Shown here one piece after another: positions 52,901 through 64,000 of a stretch of DNA of 64,000 nt. The stretch is taken from NCBI GenBank assembly GCA_964057225.1, contig OZ059897.1:18662001-18726000 (forward strand), read 5' to 3'. Each line of letters begins with the position of its first letter. Position 1 is the stretch's first letter. Position numbers and translations under genes: made by a program. The stretch comes from Auanema rhodensis (taxonomy: Eukaryota; Animalia; Nematoda). The notes beneath the pieces were generated by a model, which saw nothing but the letters and a program-made list of their open reading frames with translations, made no database searches and was not told the DNA's origin.

Positions 52901-55900
52901 ACACTCAACATTGTTTCCAAAAACATTTTGACAAAAATTTTTTCGAAAAATTTCAAAATAATTTAGCAAAAAGTAGATGTTTTTAGATTCCTTTTTTCAA
53001 GGCAAAGACGATGGACAATGTTATTCAACGAAAAAGTTAATTCTTCAGGGTGAAAATCGAGGATATAAGTGTGAACTTATATCAGTTGATATCTCGGTGC
53101 ATTTTTAAGCTAGCGCAAATCTGATAACACAGATCGACGCAGCTTAAAAATTCGCATCGTATGCACTATACTACATTGAGAAACGCTTAATACAAAAATT
53201 AGTTATGATCGTTTGAAAAATGATGCATTAGTGTATGTTGAGTTTCCATGTACACTCAACATTGTTTCCAAAAACATTTTGACAAAAATTTTTTCGAAAA
53301 ATTTCAAAATAATTTAGCAAAAAGTAGATGTTTTTAGATTCCTTTTTTCAAGGCAAAGACGATGGACAATGTTATTCAACGAAAAAATTATTTCTTCAGG
53401 GTGAAAATCGAGGATATAAGTGTGAACTTATATCAGTTGATATCTCGGTGCATTTTTAAGCTAGCGCAAATCTGATAACACAGATCGACGCAGCTTAAAA
53501 ATCCGCATCGAATGCACTATACTACATTGAGAAATGCTTGATACAAAAATTAGTTATAATCGTTTGAAAAATGATGCATTAGTGTATGTTGAGTTTCCAT
53601 GTACACTCAACATTGCTTCCAAAAACATTTTGACAAAAATTTTTTCGAAAAATTTCAAAATAATTTAGCAAAAAGTAGATGTTTTTAGATTCCATTTTTC
53701 AAGGCAAAGACGATGGACAATGTTATTCAACGAAAAAATTAATTCTTCAGGGTGAAAATCGAGGATATAAGTGTGAACTTATATCAGTTGATATCTCGGT
53801 GCATTTTTAAGCTAGCGCAAATCTGATATCACAGATCGACGCAGCTTAAAAATCCGCATCGAATGCACTATACTACATTGAGAAACGCTTAATACAAAAA
53901 TCAGTTATGATCGTTTGAAAAATGATGCATTAGTGTATGTTGAGTTTCCATGTACACTCAACATTGTTTCCAAAAACATTTTGACAAAAATTTTTTCGAA
54001 AAATTTCAAAATAATTTAGCAAAAAGTAGATGTTTTTAGATTCCTTTTTTCAAGGCAAAGACGATGGACAATGTTATTCAACGAAAAAATTATTTCTTCA
54101 GGGTGAAAATCGAGGATATAAGTGTGAACTTATATCAGTTGATATCTCGGTGCATTTTTAAGCTAGCGCAAATCTGATATCACAGATCGACGCAGCTTAA
54201 AAATCCGCATCGAATGCACTATACTACATTGAGAAACGCTTAATACAAAAATTAGTTATGATCCTTTGAAAAATGATGCATTAGTGTATGTTGAGTTTCC
54301 ATGTACACTCAACATTGCTTCCAAAAACATTTTGACAAAAACTTTTTCGAAAAATTTCAAAATAATTTAGCAAAAAGTAGATGTTTTTAGATTCCATTTT
54401 TCAAGGCAAAGACGATGGACAATGTTATTCAACGAAAAAATTAGTTCTTCAGGGTGAAAATCGAGGATATAAGTGTGAACTTATATCAGTTGATATCTCG
54501 GTGCATTTTTAAGCTAGCGCAAATCTGATAACACAGATCGACGCAGCTTAAAAATTCGCATCGTATGCACTATACTACATTGAGAAACGCTTAATACAAA
54601 AATTAGTTATGATCGTTTGAAAAATGATGCATTAGTGTATGTTGAGTTTCCATGTACACTCAACATTGTTTCCAAAAACATTTTGACAAAAATTTTTTCG
54701 AAAAATTTCAAAATAATTTAGCAAAAAGTAGATGTTTTTAGATTCCTTTTTTCAAGGCAAAGACGATGGACAATGTTATTCAACGAAAAAATTATTTCTT
54801 CAGGGTGAAAATCGAGGATATAAGTGTGAACTTATATCAGTTGATATCTCGGTGCATTTTTAAGCTAGCGCAAATCTGATAACACAGATCGACGCAGCTT
54901 AAAAATCCGCATCGAATGCACTATACTACATCGAGAAACGCTTAATACAAAAATTAGTTATGATCGTTTGAAAAATGATGCATTAGTGTATGTTGAGTTT
55001 CCATGTACACTCAACATTGCTTCCAAAAACATTTTGACAAAAATTTTTTCGAAAAATTTCAAAATAATTTAGCGAAAAGTAGATGTTTTTAGATTCCATT
55101 TTTCAAGGCAAAGACGATGGACAATGTTATTCAACGAAAAAATTAATTCTTCAGGGTGAAAATCGAGGATATAAGTGTGAACTTATATCAGTTGATATCT
55201 CGGTGCATTTTTAAGCTAGCGCAAATCTGATAACACAGATCGACGCAGCTTAAAAATCCGCATCGAATGCACTATACTACATTGAGAAACGCTTGATACA
55301 AAAATTAGTTATGATCGTTTGAAAAATGATGCATTAGTGTATGTTGAGTTTCCATGTACACTCAACATTGCTTCCAAAAACATTTTGACAAAAATTTTTT
55401 CGAAAAATTTCAAAATAATTTAGCAAAAAGTAGATGTTTTTAGATTCCATTTTTCAAGGCAAAGACGATGGACAATGTTATTCAACGAAAAAATTAATTC
55501 TTCAGGGTGAAAATCGAGGATATAAGTGTGAACTTATATCAGTTGATATCTCGGTGCATTTTTAAGCTAGCGCAAATCTGATAACACAGATCGACGCAGC
55601 TTAAAAATCCGCATCGAATGCACTATACTACATTGAGAAACGCTTGATACAAAAATTAGTTATGATCGTTTGAAAAATGATGCATTAGTGTATGTTGAGT
55701 TTCCATGTACACTCAACATTGCTTCCAAAAACATTTTGACAAAAATTTTTTCGAAAAATTTCAAAATAATTTAGCAAAAAGTAGATGTTTTTAGATTCCA
55801 TTTTTCAAGGCAAAGACGATGGACAATGTTATTCAACGAAAAAATTAATTCTTCAGGGTGAAAATCGAGGATATAAGTGTGAACTTATATCAGTTGATAT

Positions 55901-58900
55901 CTCGGTGCATTTTTAAGCTAGCGCAAATCTGATAACACAGATCGACGCAGCTTAAAAATCCGCATCGAATGCACTATCCTACATTAAGAAACGCTTGATA
56001 CAAAAATTAGTTATGATCGTTTGAAAAATGATGCATTAGTGTATGTTGAGTTTCCATGTACACTCAACATTGTTTCCAAAAACATTTTGACAAAAATTTT
56101 TTCGAAAAATTTCAAAATAATTTAGCAAAAAGTAGATGTTTTTAGATTCCTTTTTTCAAGGCAAAGACGATGGACAATGTTATTCAACGAAATAATTATT
56201 TCTTCAGGGTGAAAATCGAGGATATAAGTGTGAACTTATATCAGTTGATATCTCGGTGCATTTTTAAGCTAGCGCAAATCTGATAACACAGATCGACGCA
56301 GCTTAAAAATCCGCATCGAATGCACTATACTACATTGAGAAACACTTAATACAAAAATTAGTTATGATCGTTTGAAAAATGATGCATTAGTGTATGTTGA
56401 GTTTCCATGTACACTCAACATTGTTTCCAAAAACATTTTGACAAAAATTTTTTCGAAAAATTTCAAAATAATTTAGCAAAAAGTAGATGTTTTTAGATTC
56501 CTTTTTTCAAGGCAAAGACGATGGACAATGTTATTCAACGAAAAAATCATTTCTTCAGGGTGAAAATCGAGGATATAAGTGTGAACTTATATCAGTTGAT
56601 ATCTCGGTGCATTTTTAAGCTAGCGCAAATCTGATAACACAGATCGACGCAGCTTAAAAATCCGCATCGAATGCACTATACTACATTGAGAAATGCTTGA
56701 TACAAAAATTAGTTATAATCGTTTGAAAAATGATGCATTAGTGTATGTTGAGTTTCCATGTACACTCAACATTGCTTCCAAAAACATTTTGACAAAAATT
56801 TTTTCGAAAAATTTCAAAATAATTTAGCAAAAAGTAGATGTTTTTAGATTCCATTTTTCAAGGCAAAGACGATGGACAATGTTATTCAACGAAAAAATTA
56901 ATTCTTCAGGGTGAAAATCGAGGATATAAGTGTGAACTTATATCAGTTGATATCTCGGTGCATTTTTAAGCTAGCGCAAATCTGATATCACAGATCGACG
57001 CAGCTTAAAAATCCGCATCGAATGCACTATACTACATTGAGAAACGCTTAATACAAAAATCAGTTATGATCGTTTGAAAAATGATGCATTAGTGTATGTT
57101 GAGTTTCCATGTACACTCAACATTGTTTCCAAAAACATTTTGACAAAAATTTTTTCGAAAAATTTCAAAATAATTTAGCAAAAAGTAGATGTTTTTAGAT
57201 TCCTTTTTTCAAGGCAAAGACGATGGACAATGTTATTCAACGAAATAATTATTTCTTCAGGGTGAAAATCGAGGATATAAGTGTGAACTTATATCAGTTG
57301 ATATCTCGGTGCATTTTTAAGCTAGCGCAAATCTGATAACACAGATCGACGCAGCTTAAAAATCCGCATCGAATGCACTATACTACATTGAGAAACACTT
57401 AATACAAAAATTAGTTATGATCGTTTGAAAAATGATGCATTAGTGTATGTTGAGTTTCCATGTACACTCAACATTGTTTCCAAAAACATTTTGACAAAAA
57501 TTTTTTCGAAAAATTTCAAAATAATTTAGCAAAAAGTAGATGTTTTTAGATTCCTTTTTTCAAGGCAAAGACGATGGACAATGTTATTCAACGAAAAAAT
57601 CATTTCTTCAGGGTGAAAATCGAGGATATAAGTGTGAACTTATATCAGTTGATATCTCGGTGCATTTTTAAGCTAGCGCAAATCTGATAACACAGATCGA
57701 CGCAGCTTAAAAATCCGCATCGAATGCACTATACTACATTGAGAAATGCTTGATACAAAAATTAGTTATAATCGTTTGAAAAATGATGCATTAGTGTATG
57801 TTGAGTTTCCATGTACACTCAACATTGCTTCCAAAAACATTTTGACAAAAATTTTTTCGAAAAATTTCAAAATAATTTAGCAAAAAGTAGATGTTTTTAG
57901 ATTCCATTTTTCAAGGCAAAGACGATGGACAATGTTATTCAACGAAAAAATTAATTCTTCAGGGTGAAAATCGAGGATATAAGTGTGAACTTATATCAGT
58001 TGATATCTCGGTGCATTTTTAAGCTAGCGCAAATCTGATATCACAGATCGACGCAGCTTGAAAATCCGCATCGAATGCACTATACTACATTGAGAAACGC
58101 TTGATACAAAAATTAGTTATGATCGTTTGAAAAATGATGCATTAGTGTATGTTGAGTTTCCATGTACACTCAACATTGCTTCCAAAAACATTTTGACAAA
58201 AATTTTTCGAAAAATTTCAAAATAATTTAGCAAAAAGTAGATGTTTTTAGATTCCATTTTTCAAGGCAAAGACGATGGACAATGTTATTCAACGAAAAAA
58301 TTAATTCTTCAGGGTGAAAATCGAGGATATAAGTGTGAACTTATATCAGTTGATATCTCGGTGCATTTTTAAGCTAGCGCAAATCTGATAACACAGATCG
58401 ACGCAGCTTAAAAATCCGCATCGAATGCACTATACTACATTGAGAAACGCTTAATACAAAAATTAGTTATGATCGTTTGAAAAATGATGCATTAGTGTAT
58501 GTTGAGTTTCCATGTACACTCAACATTGTTTCCAAAAACATTTTGACAAAAATTTTTTCGAAAAATTTCAAAATAATTTAGCAAAAAGTAGATGTTTTTA
58601 GATTCCTTTTTTCAAGGCAAAGACGATGGACAATGTTATTCAACGAAAAAATTATTTCTTCAGGGTGAAAATCGAGGATATAAGTGTGAACTTATATCAG
58701 TTGATATCTCGGTGCATTTTTAAGCTAGCGCAAATCTGATAACACAGATCGACGCAGCTTAAAAATCCGCATCGAATGCACTATACTACATTGAGAAACG
58801 CTTGATACAAAAATTAGTTATGATCCTTTGAAAAATGATGCATTAGTGTATGTTGAGTTTCCATGTACACTCAACATTGCTTCCAAAAACATTTTGACAA

Positions 58901-61900
58901 AAATTTTTTCGAAAAATTTCAAAATAATTTAGCAAAAAGTAGATGTTTTTAGATTCCATTTTTCAAGGCAAAGACGATGGACAATGTTATTCAACGAAAA
59001 AATTAATTCTTCAGGGTGAAAATCGAGGATATAAGTGTGAACTTATATCAGTTGATATCTCGGTGCATTTTTAAGCTAGCGCAAATCTGATAACACAGAT
59101 CGACGCAGCTTAAAAATCCGCATCGAATGCACTATACTACATTGAGAAACACTTAATACAAAAATTAGTTATGATCGTTTGAAAAATGATGCATTAGTGT
59201 ATGTTGAGTTTCCATGTACACTCAACATTGTTTCCAAAAACATTTTGACAAAAATTTTTTCGAAAAATTTCAAAATAATTTAGCAAAAAGTAGATGTTTT
59301 TAGATTCCTTTTTTCAAGGCAAAGACGATGGACAATGTTATTCAACGAAAAAATCATTTCTTCAGGGTGAAAATCGAGGATATAAGTGTGAACTTATATC
59401 AGTTGATATCTCGGTGCATTTTTAAGCTAGCGCAAATCTGATAACACAGATCGACGCAGCTTAAAAATCCGCATCGAATGCACTATACTACATTGAGAAA
59501 TGCTTGATACAAAAATTAGTTATAATCGTTTGAAAAATGATGCATTAGTGTATGTTGAGTTTCCATGTACACTCAACATTGCTTCCAAAAACATTTTGAC
59601 AAAAATTTTTTCGAAAAATTTCAAAATAATTTAGCAAAAAGTAGATGTTTTTAGATTCCATTTTTCAAGGCAAAGACGATGGACAATGTTATTCAACGAA
59701 AAAATTAATTCTTCAGGGTGAAAATCGAGGATATAAGTGTGAACTTATATCAGTTGATATCTCGGTGCATTTTTAAGCTAGCGCAAATCTGATATCACAG
59801 ATCGACGCAGCTTAAAAATCCGCATCGAATGCACTATACTACATTGAGAAACGCTTAATACAAAAATCAGTTATGATCGTTTGAAAAATGATGCATTAGT
59901 GTATGTTGAGTTTCCATGTACACTCAACATTGTTTCCAAAAACATTTTGACAAAAATTTTTTCGAAAAATTTCAAAATAATTTAGCAAAAAGTAGATGTT
60001 TTTAGATTCCTTTTTTCAAGGCAAAGACGATGGACAATGTTATTCAACGAAAAAATTATTTCTTCAGGGTGAAAATCGAGGATATAAGTGTGAACTTATA
60101 TCAGTTGATATCTCGGTGCATTTTTAAGCTAGCGCAAATCTGATATCACAGATCGACGCAGCTTAAAAATCCGCATCGAATGCACTATACTACATTGAGA
60201 AACGCTTAATACAAAAATTAGTTATGATCCTTTGAAAAATGATGCATTAGTGTATGTTGAGTTTCCATGTACACTCAACATTGCTTCCAAAAACATTTTG
60301 ACAAAAACTTTTTCGAAAAATTTCAAAATAATTTAGCAAAAAGTAGATGTTTTTAGATTCCATTTTTCAAGGCAAAGACGATGGACAATGTTATTCAACG
60401 AAAAAATTAGTTCTTCAGGGTGAAAATCGAGGATATAAGTGTGAACTTATATCAGTTGATATCTCGGTGCATTTTTAAGCTAGCGCAAATCTGATAACAC
60501 AGATCGACGCAGCTTAAAAATCCGCATCGTATGCACTATACTACATTGAGAAACGCTTAATACAAAAATTAGTTATGATCGTTTGAAAAATGATGCATTA
60601 GTGTATGTTGAGTTTCCATGTACACTCAACATTGTTTCCAAAAACATTTTGACAAAAATTTTTTCGAAAAATTTCAAAATAATTTAGCAAAAAGTAGATG
60701 TTTTTAGATTCCTTTTTTCAAGGCAAAGACGATGGACAATGTTATTCAACGAAAAAATTATTTCTTCAGGGTGAAAATCGAGGATATAAGTGTGAACTTA
60801 TATCAGTTGATATCTCGGTGCATTTTTAAGCTAGCGCAAATCTGATAACACAGATCGACGCAGCTTAAAAATCCGCATCGAATGCACTATACTACATCGA
60901 GAAACGCTTAATACAAAAATTAGTTATGATCGTTTGAAAAATGATGCATTAGTGTATGTTGAGTTTCCATGTACACTCAACATTGCTTCCAAAAACATTT
61001 TGACAAAAATTTTTTCGAAAAATTTCAAAATAATTTAGCGAAAAGTAGATGTTTTTAGATTCCATTTTTCAAGGCAAAGACGATGGACAATGTTATTCAA
61101 CGAAAAAATTAATTCTTCAGGGTGAAAATCGAGGATATAAGTGTGAACTTATATCAGTTGATATCTCGGTGCATTTTTAAGCTAGCGCAAATCTGATAAC
61201 ACAGATCGACGCAGCTTAAAAATCCGCATCGAATGCACTATACTACATTGAGAAACGCTTGATACAAAAATTAGTTATGATCGTTTGAAAAATGATGCAT
61301 TAGTGTATGTTGAGTTTCCATGTACACTCAACATTGCTTCCAAAAACATTTTGACAAAAATTTTTTCGAAAAATTTCAAAATAATTTAGCAAAAAGTAGA
61401 TGTTTTTAGATTCCATTTTTCAAGGCAAAGACGATGGACAATGTTATTCAACGAAAAAATTAATTCTTCAGGGTGAAAATCGAGGATATAAGTGTGAACT
61501 TATATCAGTTGATATCTCGGTGCATTTTTAAGCTAGCGCAAATCTGATAACACAGATCGACGCAGCTTAAAAATCCGCATCGAATGCACTATACTACATT
61601 GAGAAACGCTTGATACAAAAATTAGTTATGATCGTTTGAAAAATGATGCATTAGTGTATGTTGAGTTTCCATGTACACTCAACATTGCTTCCAAAAACAT
61701 TTTGACAAAAATTTTTTCGAAAAATTTCAAAATAATTTAGCAAAAAGTAGATGTTTTTAGATTCCATTTTTTAAGGCAAAGACGATGGACAATGTTATTC
61801 AACGAAAAAATTAATTCTTCAGGGTGAAAATCGAGGATATAAGTGTGAACTTATATCAGTTGATATCTCGGTGCATTTTTAAGCTAGCGCAAATCTGATA

Positions 61901-64000
61901 ACACAGATCGACGCAGCTTAAAAATCCGCATCGAATGCACTATCCTACATTAAGAAACGCTTGATACAAAAATTAGTTATGATCGTTTGAAAAATGATGC
62001 ATTAGTGTATGTTGAGTTTCCATGTACACTCAACATTGTTTCCAAAAACATTTTGACAAAAATTTTTTCGAAAAATTTCAAAATAATTTAGCAAAAAGTA
62101 GATGTTTTTAGATTCCTTTTTTCAAGGCAAAGACGATGGACAATGTTATTCAACGAAATAATTATTTCTTCAGGGTGAAAATCGAGGATATAAGTGTGAA
62201 CTTATATCAGTTGATATCTCGGTGCATTTTTAAGCTAGCGCAAATCTGATAACACAGATCGACGCAGCTTAAAAATCCGCATCGTATGCACTATACTACA
62301 TTGAGAAACGCTTAATACAAAAATTAGTTATGATCGTTTGAAAAATGATGCATTAGTGTATGTTGAGTTTCCATGTACACTCAACATTGCTTCCAAAAAC
62401 ATTTTGACAAAAATTTTTTCGAAAAATTTCAAAATAATTTAGCGAAAAGTAGATGTTTTTAGATTCCATTTTTCAAGGCAAAGACGATGGACAATGTTAT
62501 TCAACGAAAAAATTAATTCTTCAGGGTGAAAATCGAGGATATAAGTGTGAACTTATATCAGTTGATATCTCGGTGCATTTTTAAGCTAGCGCAAATCTGA
62601 TAACACAGATCGACGCAGCTTAAAAATCCGCATCGAATGCACTATACTACATTGAGAAACGCTTGATACAAAAATTAGTTATGATCGTTTGAAAAATGAT
62701 GCATTAGTGTATGTTGAGTTTCCATGTACACTCAACATTGCTTCCAAAAACATTTTGACAAAAATTTTTTCGAAAAATTTCAAAATAATTTAGCAAAAAG
62801 TAGATGTTTTTAGATTCCATTTTTCAAGGCAAAGACGATGGACAATGTTATTCAACGAAAAAATTAATTCTTCAGGGTGAAAATCGAGGATATAAGTGTG
62901 AACTTATATCAGTTGATATCTCGGTGCATTTTTAAGCTAGCGCAAATCTGATAACACAGATCGACGCAGCTTAAAAATCCGCATCGAATGCACTATCCTA
63001 CATTAAGAAACGCTTGATACAAAAATTAGTTATGATCGTTTGAAAAATGATGCATTAGTGTATGTTGAGTTTCCATGTACACTCAACATTGCTTCCAAAA
63101 ACATTTTGACAAAAATTTTTTCGAAAAATTTCAAAATAATTTAGCAAAAAGTAGATGTTTTTAGATTCCATTTTTCAAGGCAAAGACGATGGACAATGTT
63201 ATTCAACGAAAAAATTAATTCTTCAGGGTGAAAATCGAGGATATAAGTGTGAACTTATATCAGTTGATATCTCGGTGCATTTTTAAGCTAGCGCAAATCT
63301 GATAACACAGATCGACGCAGCTTAAAAATCCGCATCGAATGCACTATACTACATTGAGAAACGCTTGATACAAAAATTAGTTATGATCGTTTGAAAAATG
63401 ATGCATTAGTGTATGTTGAGTTTCCATGTACACTCAACATTGCTTCCAAAAACATTTTGACAAAAATTTTTTCGAAAAATTTCAAAATAATTTAGCAAAA
63501 AGTAGATGTTTTTAGATTCCATTTTTCAAGGCAAAGACGATGGACAATGTTATTCAACGAAAAAATTAATTCTTCAGGGTGAAAATCGAGGATATAAGTG
63601 TGAACTTATATCAGTTGATATCTCGGTGCATTTTTAAGCTAGCGCAAATCTGATAACACAGATCGACGCAGCTTAAAAATCCGCATCGAATGCACTATCC
63701 TACATTAAGAAACGCTTGATACAAAAATTAGTTATGATCGTTTGAAAAATGATGCATTAGTGTATGTTGAGTTTCCATGTACACTCAACATTGTTTCCAA
63801 AAACATTTTGACAAAAATTTTTTCGAAAAATTTCAAAATAATTTAGCAAAAAGTAGATGTTTTTAGATTCCTTTTTTCAAGGCAAAGACGATGGACAATG
63901 TTATTCAACGAAATAATTATTTCTTCAGGGTGAAAATCGAGGATATAAGTGTGAACTTATATCAGTTGATATCTCGGTGCATTTTTAAGCTAGCGCAAAT
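46948..64000. repeat. Array domain F: ATTGTTTCC / ATTCCTTTT / AATCATTTC-AATTATTTC haplotypes with 4-, 17- and 20-mer offsets
   Basis: AAATCAGTT at ~49340/~50744 (1404); CTTGAAAATCC at 51041/58060 (7019); AAACTTTTTCG ~54342/~60308, GCGAAAAG ~55074/~61040 and ATCCTACATTAAG ~55978/~61944 (all 5966). The stretch 44140-46947 is a near-consensus transition. Confidence 0.8.

Larger units (their letters stand above)
1..64000. repeat. Satellite DNA tandem array, 351-bp monomer, 182 full copies + 208-bp partial, single orientation; extends beyond both window edges
   Basis: GCTTCCAAAAACATTTTGAC recurs at 1, 352, 703, 1054 ... and the last monomer starts at 63793. Correcting for observed indels (net -90 bp) gives exactly 182 x 351. 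First monomer hand count is 110 G+C of 351 (31%). Confidence 0.99.

Noticed and set aside
54430-60420. AAAAATTAGTTCTT variant (~54444, ~60410) as gene conversion between the two internal sub-repeats
   Set aside because: It is a single A>G transition duplicated once and is simply explained by point mutation.
1-64000. Giant repetitive coding sequence (351 = 117 codons)
   Set aside because: The ORF track shows no long ORF in any of six frames, the examined frame has several stops per monomer, and frameshifting indels (+1, -1, -58) are tolerated.
1-64000. CRISPR array (palindromic ~28-bp repeat at 323-350 with regular spacing)
   Set aside because: The intervening ~320 bp are near-identical between units, so there are no unique spacers; no leader or cas genes are present.
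1-64000. Assignment to a named ~340-360-bp satellite or complex telomeric repeat family
   Set aside because: Only the length and AT-richness are similar. I do not recognise the sequence, there is no marked G/C strand bias (52 C vs 58 G), and a database search is needed.

Overview
The whole 64 kb window is one uninterrupted head-to-tail array of an AT-rich (~31% GC) 351-bp monomer: 182 complete copies plus a 208-bp partial copy, all in one orientation and differing by only a few positions each. I see no unique sequence, gene, RNA gene, transposon insertion or CRISPR spacer. It reads as eukaryotic satellite DNA, plausibly (peri)centromeric heterochromatin. CpG is not depleted, which fits an invertebrate-type genome, but the taxon and family cannot be named from the sequence. 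The four 63-aa ORFs come from a single TAG>TGG variant amplified in a local higher-order repeat. The points of interest are: (i) a monomer rich in dyad symmetries, including a ~67-nt hairpin and a GNRA-capped stem; (ii) a 15-bp insertion that copies the opposite arm of that hairpin, a template-switch signature; (iii) a recurrent 58-bp deletion monomer; (iv) a degenerate ~162/189-bp sub-repeat inside the monomer; (v) about six successive variant domains with nascent higher-order periods of 2, 3, 4, 6, 8, 11, 13, 17 and 20 monomers. All variant positions were read by eye and should be confirmed by alignment.
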